Positions 33,551 through 43,679 of a DNA stretch of 64,000 bases are shown here, one piece after another (positions within the stretch are counted from its first letter, which is position 1; each line of letters begins with the position of its first letter). Source of the stretch: Calditrichia bacterium (GTDB taxonomy: Bacteria; Calditrichota; Calditrichia; JAJRVZ01); assembly GCA_963796965.1 (NCBI GenBank), contig CAWCNS010000004.1:608001-672000 (forward strand). The letters are read 5' to 3'. The notes beneath the pieces are model-generated. The model ran no database searches. It saw nothing but the letters and a program-made list of their open reading frames with translations, and was not told where the DNA came from. The position numbers and the translations under genes are program-made.

Positions 33551-33704
33551 TAATACTATATTTATTCTCTTACAGCGTCGATAGTAGCAGCGAAAAATAA
33601 TAAATATGTAAGATCTTCCACAAATAATTATTTTAAAAAATTCATGAAATTATCCAGAAATGGTGGATAATTTCGCTCCGTAAAATTTACTATCACTATA
33701 GGAG

Positions 33705-35075
33705 ATGAAGTTGTCATATCTTTTTAAGATCTATATTCATAAAGTACTTATATCTCTATTTTTATTATTACTGATGGCTTGTGAGCAGTCGCCTTCAAAG
33801 CCGAAAAACATCATCCTGTTTATCGCTGACGGATGTGGGTTTAATCATGTGGATGCGGCGAGTATTTATCAATATGGTGAAACGGGGAGACAGGTGTACG
33901 AACAGTTCCCTGTTCGCCTGGCTATGAGCACCTATTCTACTAACACTGCTGGTTATGATCGGGATTCCGCCTGGGCTTCATTTAAATATGTCCTGCAAAA
34001 ACCAACCGATTCAGCAGCTTCTGCAACAGCTATGTCTACGGGATTTAAGACCTACAATAAGGCCATAGGTGTTGATACTTTAAAGAATCCTCTCAGGTCA
34101 GCAGTCGAGCATTTCGAATCTGCTGGAAAATCTACCGGGGTGATCTCCTCTGTGCCCTGGACACATGCCACACCTGCTGCATTTGTTGCACATACCGATC
34201 ACCGTGGAAACATGAAAGAGATTGCGGATGAAATGGTTCTCGAGAGTCAGCTGGATGTAATCATGGGACCCTGCCATCCCTTTTATGATGATGACGGACA
34301 GAGGATTGCCGAACCCAATTATGATCAGATTGGCAGCAAATCTTTATGGGATACCCTTATGTCCGGCAAGGCTGGTAATGATGCGGACGGAGACGGACAG
34401 AGTGATCGGTGGTTTTTTATACAAGAGCGGAAAGATTTTCAAAATTTTATAATAGGAGATACACCAAAACGTGTAATTGGAATACCAAAAGTTCATCGAT
34501 CATTGCAGGTTGGGCGGGATATTTCCTCCGAAACAGGTGAGCCCTATTCTGTGCCATTCATCGATTCGGTGCCCACACTTTCGGAAATGGCCCTTGCCGG
34601 GATTAATATACTAGATGAAAACAAGGAGGGCTTTTTTCTGGTGATTGAAGGCGGGGCAGTTGATTGGGCCTCCCATAAGAATCATCTGGGAAGAATGATA
34701 GAGGAAGAAATTGAATTCAATCATTCAATCGAGACGATTTGTGCATGGGTTGAAACGCACAGTAGCTGGAATGAGACCCTGGTCATCATTACCGGTGATC
34801 ATGAAACGGGTTATCTGACCGGACCCGGGTCAAATCCGGATAGGGGTGAAGGGACATTATCAGTGGATCAGATTTGGAAACCGCTTGTAAATAATGGTAA
34901 AGGCAAACTTCCGGGGGCGCAATGGCATACAGGTGGTCATACCAACTCCTTGATACCCTTTTACAGTAAGGGGATGGGGAGTGATGTTTTTGTGAAACAT
35001 GCCAATAAAACTGATCCTGTAAGAGGAAAATATCTTGATAATACGGCAATTGGGAAGGTATTACATTCTTTTTAA
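33705..35075 (+). CDS. Alkaline phosphatase (PhoA family) lipoprotein
   Basis: Lipobox LMAC, NIILFIADG, TDSAASAT (catalytic Ser), HATPAAF, EGGAVDWASH, GDHETG. Confidence 0.92.
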   Translation: MKLSYLFKIYIHKVLISLFLLLLMACEQSPSKPKNIILFIADGCGFNHVDAASIYQYGETGRQVYEQFPVRLAMSTYSTNTAGYDRDSAWASFKYVLQKPTDSAASATAMSTGFKTYNKAIGVDTLKNPLRSAVEHFESAGKSTGVISSVPWTHATPAAFVAHTDHRGNMKEIADEMVLESQLDVIMGPCHPFYDDDGQRIAEPNYDQIGSKSLWDTLMSGKAGNDADGDGQSDRWFFIQERKDFQNFIIGDTPKRVIGIPKVHRSLQVGRDISSETGEPYSVPFIDSVPTLSEMALAGINILDENKEGFFLVIEGGAVDWASHKNHLGRMIEEEIEFNHSIETICAWVETHSSWNETLVIITGDHETGYLTGPGSNPDRGEGTLSVDQIWKPLVNNGKGKLPGAQWHTGGHTNSLIPFYSKGMGSDVFVKHANKTDPVRGKYLDNTAIGKVLHSF

Positions 35076-35138
35076 TGCATGTTTTATCCATGCTTTGCGT
35101 CTTAATGGTGTTTTTGCTGCAAAAAAATCGAGGTGGTT

Positions 35139-36242
35139 ATGAAAAAAATTCTATTTATATTTTTATTTATAGTTTTCTGTACGTCAATACTTCTTGCACA
35201 GGAGACTCAAATCGAATGGATCAATTTCCCTTCAGAAAAATTGGAGGTAAATGGCTTACCCTTCTGGGAAGAGAATCAACCAGATCTTTACCGCCTTTCA
35301 AAATCCATAAAAGATGAGGTGCGTGAACCTGTATGGCGATTGTCCCAATCTCCTTCCGGTGGGCGGATTCGTTTGCGCACTGATTGCACAACCCTGATCG
35401 TTCGCCTACAGTATCCCCACCAGGGGAATATGAAAAACATGCATGTTTACGGACAATGTGGATTAGATCTGTATGTTGAAAATATTTATGTACGTACAGC
35501 AATACCAAAGGACAGCACTTATATTGAGTTTACTTTCTTTGAGGAGCGCCCAAAGAAAATAAGAAACCTGACACTTTATCTCCCCCTATATAGTGGCGTT
35601 AATGTGCTGGCAATTGGTGTCAATAAAGATGCACATTTTGAGAAACCTCTACCTTTTGTTGTTGATAAACCTGTTGTTTATTATGGCTCATCCATAACAC
35701 AAGGAGGATGTGCCAGTCATCCGGGAATGAGTTATCAGGCTATTCTCGCCAGAAATTTGAATATTGACTTTGTCAATCAGGGATATTCCGGAAATGGAAT
35801 GGGTGAACCAGAGATGGCTGAAGCCATCGCCAGCATGGATGCTTCATGCTATGTAATGGATTTTGGTGTAAATCTTCCCACAGCTGATAGTCTAAATAAA
35901 GTTTACGGTCCTTTCCTCGATCTTCTGCGCGAACGAAGACCCGATACACCCATCATCGCCGTCACACCAATTTATAATGCTCATGAATTCTGGGCTCCGA
36001 ATAAAGCAACCCATATGCGCGATATTGTTCGTAAGGAAGTTGCCCGATTACGGGAAGCAGGAGATACGAATATTATCCTCGTTGAAGGATTTGAACTGTT
36101 AGGACCCGAATATGCTGGTGGGTTTGTTGATGCGGTTCATCCAAATGATTTAGGTTTTCAGGCTATGGCAGAAGGATTGCAACCCTACGTGGCAAGAATT
36201 CTCAATGTGTCAGGTAGAAACTACTTATTGAAAAGACGTTGA
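35139..36242 (+). CDS. SGNH/GDSL esterase with N-terminal GxDLY domain
   Basis: Signal peptide, GLDLYV, YYGSSITQGGCAS, GYSGNG, DAVHPNDLG. Confidence 0.88.
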   Translation: MKKILFIFLFIVFCTSILLAQETQIEWINFPSEKLEVNGLPFWEENQPDLYRLSKSIKDEVREPVWRLSQSPSGGRIRLRTDCTTLIVRLQYPHQGNMKNMHVYGQCGLDLYVENIYVRTAIPKDSTYIEFTFFEERPKKIRNLTLYLPLYSGVNVLAIGVNKDAHFEKPLPFVVDKPVVYYGSSITQGGCASHPGMSYQAILARNLNIDFVNQGYSGNGMGEPEMAEAIASMDASCYVMDFGVNLPTADSLNKVYGPFLDLLRERRPDTPIIAVTPIYNAHEFWAPNKATHMRDIVRKEVARLREAGDTNIILVEGFELLGPEYAGGFVDAVHPNDLGFQAMAEGLQPYVARILNVSGRNYLLKRR

Positions 36243-36313
36243 GAAGCAGTTAATTCCTTTACATTTTTTCCAATGGCATTTTGTCCCTAAATTTTGCGAT
36301 AATATTTGACGAC

Positions 36314-36408
36314 GTCATGCTGAACCCTGGCCTGTCGCCAGGACAGGGTTTAGCATCTTGGATTTAAACAGCCTCAATTGCTGGATTCCGAATCAAATTC
36401 GGAATGAC
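36314..36408. repeat. Family B REP-like element with a nested GC-rich hairpin
   Basis: gtcatgctgaac[cctggcctgtcgccaggacagg]gtttagcat...gattccgaatcaaattcggaatgac. Confidence 0.75.
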
Positions 36409-36572
36409 TTTCCTTCGTTTTTGTGATATTTATGAAAATATTCATCTTGGTATTACCACGTTGAGAGACAGAATTAACTAAGATTAACGACAAATCATAT
36501 GTCAATGACTTATGATATATTTTATATCACAATAATGTTAATATAAAACCGTATAGTATCAGGAGTAAGTTT

Positions 36573-38697
36573 ATGCGAATATATATAATTTGCTTTGTGC
36601 TCTTTTCTTGTCTCATTGCAGCAGATAAACACGATGAAGTTTTTTATCAGGAAGTTGTAAAGGTCTTTACAGTAAAAAATGGCCTGCCTGATTCTGGTGT
36701 GGATAAAATCATTTTCACAGATCAGGACGATCCTGTTGCAGTAACAGATGCAGGCTCATTTTTATTTAAAAAGAATGAATGGATAAAATATAATGATGCT
36801 ATCATGGATCAATCTATAATCAGAAAGAAAAACATGCCTGCCGAAGCAGGTAATATTTATACTGTGATCCGTTATAAAGATAAAAAAATGATAGGAGCCG
36901 AAAAGGGTTTATTTGTCTACGAAAATAATAATTGGGTTCCAACTCTGCCGGCAGATGAGCATTACAGCTGGGCCCCAACAAATATTCGGGTTATGGAAAT
37001 AGACACAAAAGGTAGACTCTGGTTCGGTGCTGATCAGGGGGTTGGATATCTCCAAAATGATAAGTGGCATCTATTTACAGGAAAAGAAGGATTACCCTAT
37101 AAGAAATTTACTTGTATTGCAGCGAACTCCGATGGTGCCATCTGGTTTGGGACGGAAAAGGGAGCTTTCCGAGTGGACGGGGAAAAGTTTTATTATCGTT
37201 TTAGCCGGCGATGGATGGCGGATGATTATGTGAATGACATCAAGATAGATAAGAATGATGATGTTTGGATCGCGACCAAAAAGGGAGTAAGCCGGATTTC
37301 GTTCAATCCCATCTCCTTTGATGAAAAAGCCGCATTCTTTACCAAACAGGTTGAAACACGCCACAATCGAATAGGATTCATTTGCCAGAATCATCTGAAA
37401 GAGCAATTCAATCCGGATTCCTGGGTGCCGGCCATTTCTGACAATGATGGTATGTATACAGCCATGTACGGGGCAGCTATGGCATTTCAATATGCAGTAA
37501 CCGGTGATTCGACGGCAAAAAAAATAGCCAAACGCAGTTTTGATGCCTGTAAATGGCTGGTCGATATTACCCATGAACCAGGTTTTCCGGCCCGGGTCAT
37601 CATACCTGTAGATTGGCCGGAACCTGTCAATGAACAATATGGTCATGACTATAATAAAAATAAGCAAAAAGGTGATCCTTTCTGGAAGGATATTTATCCC
37701 CGTTTTCCTCTAAGCGAGGATGGGAAGTACCGCTGGAAATGTGATACCAGTTCAGATGAATTAGCCGGTCATTATTTTTTTTATGGAGTCTATTACGATC
37801 TGGTAGCTGAAACCGAGGAAGAAAAAAAACCGGTTCGTGAAGTTCTGGCGGCCATTACCGATCATATGATTCGCCATGGTTTTGTTTTGATGGACCACGA
37901 TGGCAAACCAACCCGGTGGGCAAATTTTTCTCCTGAGTTTTTTAATTCTGTCTGGGGTTGGGATCAGCGCGGCCTTAATTCTATGATGATGTTATCATTT
38001 CTAAGTGTAGCAGGGCATGTGACGGGTGATCCAAAATATGCTGAAGTTGCCAAAGAATTAAGAGATAAACATGACTACCATATTAATGCCATGCAATCAA
38101 AAATGTTTTTCCCTCCAGAAGATGTCGTGCCCTGGGATAACAATTTATGTTTAATGAGCTGGTATGGATTGCTCAATTATGAGGATGATCCGGAGTCTCA
38201 TTTTGATGTATCGGGAAAGTCTTGAAAATGCCTGGTTGCAAATCAGCCGTCAGAAAAATGCCTTTTGGAATGTGATTTATGCTGCCTTAGCAAACCGGTT
38301 TAATAAATTAGCCGATTCAGGTATCTATAATTCAGGCCAATATTTCACCGAATCACCTCTCTATGCATCGTTTACGGCACAAGAATTTTATAAAGAGGAT
38401 TACAGAAGGGATGATATTATAGAAACGTTAATGATAATGCCCTTGGATTTGATCGGGTATCATATGGATAATACCCATCGTCTTGATATTGTGATTGACC
38501 CTACCCCTGGTCAGGTCCCGGGAATGGGCTGGCATGTGGACGGCGGAGCCCTGCGTATCGATGAAAGGGGGCATGTACGCCAGGATCGTGACGGGTTTGC
38601 TATCGATTATTCAGAGGGCAATGGCTGGTCTGAGCATGAGGGTACGTTTTATCTGCTTCCCTATTGGATGGCACGTTATCATGGGGTGATTCAGTAG
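36573..38697 (+). CDS. Secreted protein: regulator-type beta-propeller fused to an uncharacterised helical catalytic-like domain; +1 frameshift near 38195
   Basis: RBS aggag and signal peptide. Propeller blades DTKGRLWFG, GAIWFGTEKG, DVWIATKKG. Then SDNDGMYT, GFPAR, WKCDTSSDE, YLLPYWMARYHG. Joins as DDPE|LILMYRE. Confidence 0.65.
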
Positions 38698-38910
38698 GCA
38701 GTGAATTGTAAAGAGTAGAGCGTTGAGTGTAATGAAAAGAGAAGAAAGGAGTGTGCAGGGACGAATCGATCGGGTTGCTCGGATAATACATCGCATTGTT
38801 CAAAAGAGAAAACATAGTGATGTAGAGGTAGACCCATGTGTCTGCCCTAATGATAAATACCCATTAATTAAATATCCAATGTCCACCAGCGAATATCCGA
38901 GTTCCAATGA
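38698..38910. repeat. Family C degenerate 7-mer tracts flanking a GTAG-type REP-like palindrome (38822-38848)
   Basis: gcagtga attgtaa agagtag agcgttg agtgtaa, then gtagaggtagacccatgtgtctgccct, then taaatat ccaatgt ccaccag cgaatat ccgagtt ccaatga. Confidence 0.55.
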
Positions 38911-38995
38911 TGCATGATTGGTAAGGTATAAGGATACGACGTACCTAGACCATAGATAATAAATCCATAATTGTGGCTAAGTATAACTCATTTAT

Positions 38996-39091
38996 TTAAC
39001 CACAAAGCGCACAAAGTAGGCAAAAAGTTTACAAAAAAGATTAATTAAATCCTTGTGAACTCTGCCTTTTCTCCGTGTCCTTTGTGGCTAA
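38996..39091. repeat. Family A complete MITE-like element (CACAAAG subtype)
   Basis: ttaaccacaaagcgcacaaagtaggcaaaaagtttacaa and the inverted ccttgtgaactctgccttttctccgtgtcctttgtggctaa. Confidence 0.8.
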
Positions 39092-39137
39092 AACTCATAG
39101 CGAAAACCACAAAATTATTATATTAATTTCGAGGTAA

Positions 39138-39968
39138 GTGATGATAAGGACTGTAGTATTACTATTTGTACCATGTTTAATGGTTCTGTTTTATGCATGT
39201 TCAGATGGGCAAAATGATAGGCATTTAAAACCGCCGAAAAATGGCTGTATCTATGTCATTGCCCATCGGGGAGCGCATCAGGGCATTCCTGAAAATTCAC
39301 TGGCGGCCTATCAAAAAGCAATCGATCTTGGTGTTGACTATGTGGAAGTGGACATACGTACTACAAAGGATGGCAAATATGTCAGTGTCCATAACCGCAC
39401 CATTGATGCCTATGTGGAGGGGAAGGCAGGCGAGGTTAAAGACTTTACACTGGCTGAACTAAAAACTCTGGATATTGGAAAGCGAATTGGTCCGGAATGG
39501 CAGGGCACCCGTATTCCCACCTTTGAAGAAATTCTCGATCTCTGTAAAGATAAATGTGGTATATATCTTGATCTGAAGGCGGCACCTATCTCTGATCTGG
39601 TAACGATAATTAAAGAAAAAAAGATGGTAAGTAATGTGCTCTGGTGTTTGGGTGGCTATAACCAAATTGTTGCCTTAAATAAAATATGTCCCGAATGTAT
39701 TCTAATGCCAGATCCGGGGGATTTGAATGAATTTGCTAAAATATTAGCGGAATTTAAACCTATCGTTGTGGCACCGGTATGGAGCGATTTATCGAAGGAA
39801 TTGATAAAAATGTCCCACGATGTTGGCGCGCTTGTTATCGTGGATGAGAAAGATAAAGATTCCTGGAAACAGGCACTTGAATGGGGTGTTGATGGTATCC
39901 AAACAGATCATCCTGAGGAATTTATTGAGTATTTAAAGTACAAAAGCAGGAAGATCCCTTTCCCGTGA
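39138..39968 (+). CDS. Glycerophosphodiester phosphodiesterase lipoprotein
   Basis: Lipobox FYAC, IAHRGA..PENSL, VEVDIR, GIQTDHP. Confidence 0.92.
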   Translation: MMIRTVVLLFVPCLMVLFYACSDGQNDRHLKPPKNGCIYVIAHRGAHQGIPENSLAAYQKAIDLGVDYVEVDIRTTKDGKYVSVHNRTIDAYVEGKAGEVKDFTLAELKTLDIGKRIGPEWQGTRIPTFEEILDLCKDKCGIYLDLKAAPISDLVTIIKEKKMVSNVLWCLGGYNQIVALNKICPECILMPDPGDLNEFAKILAEFKPIVVAPVWSDLSKELIKMSHDVGALVIVDEKDKDSWKQALEWGVDGIQTDHPEEFIEYLKYKSRKIPFP

Positions 39969-40039
39969 CGCGATCCCGTTCCGGGACGGAATGACAGAAG
40001 AGAAATATACAGTTGACTATCCAAAGAATTCCTACGGAG
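39944..40039. repeat. Family B half-element with a nested hairpin, overlapping the GDPD stop, plus a free-standing mini-hairpin
   Basis: aagcaggaagatccctt[tcccgtgacgcgatcccgttccggga]cggaatgaca, compare 9948-9975. tccaaagaattcctacggag at 40020-40039. Confidence 0.7.
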
Positions 40040-40106
40040 GAAGCAGATAAAGGCTTCGGTGTGAATAATGTAGTCTACCCATTAAAAATATCGGGAGTAA
40101 TTTATT

Positions 40107-43100
40107 GTGAAGAAATTCTTTCATTACTTAAGATCAGGCTGGACAATTTTCGTTATTATATTTTCATTTTTATGGTTCCCTTTTTCAAATTCAGTTTTGG
40201 CTTCTGGGTCGATTTCGATTGAAAATTTGCGTTGTGAATACCGAACGAATCCTTTGGGAATAGATGTACCCACACCTCGTCTTAGTTGGACTCTGAAATC
40301 AGACCAACGTGGACAACATCAAAAAGCCTACCAGATTTTAGTTGCTACCAGCCCTGAGAAATTAAATGCGGATATTGGCGATATCTGGGATAGTGGGAAA
40401 GTTCTATCTGCACTAACAGCTCAAATCAGCTATGACGGTGTTCCCCTGCTGGGAGATCGTCATTATTATTGGAAAGTCCGGGTATGGGATAAAGATGGTA
40501 CTCCCTCTTTGTGGAGTACGCCTTCTTTCTGGTTGACCGGTCTGATGCAAGACCGAGACTGGGATGCTGACTGGATCGGTCTGGATACACCCATCGGTGA
40601 TGATGATCCGGATGTTTTGAACACACGTCTTTCAGCCCGAATGTTAAGACATGATTTCAATATCGGCAAGAAATTGAAAAGAGCAACTGCCTATGTCTGT
40701 GGTTTGGGTCTTTTTGAACTGTATCTAAATGGTAAAAAGATCGGGGATCAGGTATTATCCCCGGGATTAACCGAGTATAATAAACGTGCCTATTATATGA
40801 CATTTGATGTGACTGATAATCTGGTACACGGAGAAAATGCTGTCGGTGTAATATTAGGAAACGGACGCTATTTTGCCCCACGATCAGGAGATCCCTCAAA
40901 AACGCGTACCTATGGATATCCGAAACTGCTCATGCAGATCAATCTGCACTTTGAGGATGGTACCTCATCTTCTATAATAAGCGATGAAAACTGGAAAATA
41001 TTAACTGAGGGACCGATCCGAGCCAATAATGAATACGATGGGGAAATATATGATGCCCGCTTGGAACGGGATGGCTGGACGGAACCCGGTTTTGATGCTT
41101 CAACCTGGCTTCCGGTTGAGCAAGTTGAAAAACCTGGAGAAAAACTGGAAGCACAGCCGAATGAACCAATTAAAGTGATGCAAACCATCCAACCGATTGC
41201 TGTTTCTGAACCACAACCGGGTGTTTTTATCTTTGATATGGGGCAAAATATGGTTGGTTGGGTACGATTAAAAGTGCAGGGTAAAAGAGGATCATCCGTA
41301 ACACTCCGCTTTTCAGAAGTTTTAAAAGATGATGGTATGTTATACCTGGATAATATCAGGAGTGCGAAAGTCACAGATGTATACACGTTAAAAGGTGACG
41401 GACTTGAAATATGGGAACCAAAATTCACGTATCATGGATTTCGGTTTGTGGAGATGAAAGGATTTCCAGGAAAACCAGATCTTACTGCAATTGAGGGTCA
41501 GGTAGTTTATGACGCAGTAGAGAATACCGGTACTTTCGAATGTTCAAATCCTTTAATAAACAATATCTATAAAAATGCCGTCTGGGGGGTAATGGGCAAC
41601 TATCGCAGTATACCCACTGATTGTCCCCAGCGTGATGAACGCCAAGGTTGGCTTGGTGATCGTTCTGCGGAATCCAGAGGTGAAAGTTTTATCTTTGATA
41701 TTTCAAAACTTTATAATAAATGGATGGTCGATATCCAGGATGCTCAAAAAGAGAGTGGCAGCATCCCCGATGTGGCACCATCTTATTGGCCAATCTATTC
41801 GGATAACACCACCTGGCCTGGATCCTATATTATTATACCAGCCATGTTATATGAACAATATGGTGATCTGAATACTTTGAAACGGCATTATCCCACGATG
41901 AAAAAATGGATTGCGTACATGAGTCAATATGTCGTTGACAGAATCATGACCCGTGATACCTATGGGGATTGGTGTGTCCCCCCTGAGAATCTAAATCTGA
42001 TTCATTCCACTGACCCGAACCGTACGACAAATGCAGAACTCATCGGTACCGCTTATTTTTATTATGAATTGAATCTTATGGCAGACTTTGCCCGTCTGTT
42101 AGGCCATACGAAAGATTCGGAAGCATACCAGGAACATGCAAAAAATATGAAGAAGGCTTTTAATAAAAAGTTTTTAAGTGAAGATCCGTTACAATACACC
42201 AATAATTCTCAAACATCCAGTGTCTTGGCACTTGCATTTGGCCTGGTCCCCACTGAATATGAGGAAGCAATCTTTAATAATCTGGTCTTGAAAATTATGG
42301 GTGAGAGTGAGGGTCATATTGGGACCGGTTTAATTGGCGGCCAATGGCTCATGAGAGTCCTGACAAAATATGGACGGTCTGATATTGCCTATACCCTGGC
42401 TTCAAATGATACTTATCCCAGTTGGGGGTATATGGTTAAACAGGATGCAACAACCATCTGGGAATTATGGAATGGAGACAAGGGAGATCCAGGTATGAAT
42501 TCCCACAATCATGTAATGTTATTGGGTGATCTGATAATCTGGTTGTATGAGAATCTATCTGGAATAAAATCAGACCCACAACAACCTGCATTCAGTCACA
42601 TCACGATGCACCCAGAGATATTTGAAGATTTATACTATGTTAAATCCTCTTACCAATCGGTCCGCGGACTGATCAAAAGCAGCTGGAAGATCAAAAGCAA
42701 CGACTTCTATTGGGATATATCCATTCCTGCAAATACTACTGCAACCATATATGTACCGGCCATGAGTAAAAATGATGTTCAGGAGGGGAAAAATCTTGCC
42801 TCGAATTCTGAAGGTGTCAAATTTATCCGATTGCAGGATAATAGGGCAGTTTTCCAATTGGAATCTGGGCAATATGCATTTATCTCCGAAAATTTTGAAT
42901 TGAAAACATTCAAACCATTTGTTTACACCCCTATCATAAGTCCTGGTGATACAATCGTTCCCTTGCCCAATGAATTTGAAGTTGAAATGATATCTAAGAC
43001 ATCAAATGTAAAAATTCATTATACTTTAGATGGTAGTGAAGTTTCCGAATCTGCCCAGGTATATGTTCAGCCATTCAACATATCTAAGAGTACCGTCCTA

Positions 43101-43611
43101 CGAGCAAAAGCTTTTAAAGAAGATTATCATGCCAGTGCAGAAAGATCCGTATTTTATGATTTTGTAAATCCAAAAAAAAATGGGGTAATGTGGAAACTCT
43201 ACCGGGGTGCCTTTACCAATCTCCCGGATTTCACTCAATTAGAGGCAGAAAAAAGTGGTCGGACCTATCAAATAAGTCTTGAAGACATGGATATCCCACA
43301 GGGGAACTTCGCGCTCACATTTATGGGTCAGATTGATATAGAGCATCTGGGAACCTACACCTTCTATACCAATTCGAATGATGGCAGTCAGTTATTTATT
43401 AATGGTCAGACTTGTCGTAGACAATGATGGTGAGCATGGCTCAACAGAGAAAAGCGGGGAGATCTGGCTGGATTCAGGTTTGCATAATATAACGGTAACT
43501 TATTTTCAAAGTGGGGGCGGTAAAACCCTAACGGTTTACTATAAAGGTCCACAGACGAAAAGAAATATTCTTCCCGCGTCGATTTTGTATTTTGATCAGG
43601 CAAATGAATAA
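40107..43611 (+). CDS. GH78 alpha-L-rhamnosidase with FN3-associated and PA14 tail; +1 frameshift near 43410
   Basis: LRCEYRTNPLGID, FDMGQNMVG, FTYHGFR, PTDCPQRDERQGWLGD, TTIWELW, MNSHNH. PA14 joins as LFINGQ|LVVDNDG. Confidence 0.93.
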
Positions 43612-43679
43612 TTTTGTTTTTTGTAGGTGAAAAGATCGGATAGAATAATCATATACAAAAGAAGTATGGAGTAATATTG

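Noticed and set aside
37092..41428. Long antisense ORFs 37092..37667 and 40910..41428, and the other short overlapping ORFs in the track
   Set aside because: They are shadows of well-supported genes and have no recognisable motifs.
5040..43427. Programmed frameshifting to make PA14-less enzyme isoforms (sites near 5040 and 43410)
   Set aside because: The two sites are at different positions in the tail, lack slippery motifs, and match the window-wide +1 error pattern. The GH92 and GH20 tails are intact.
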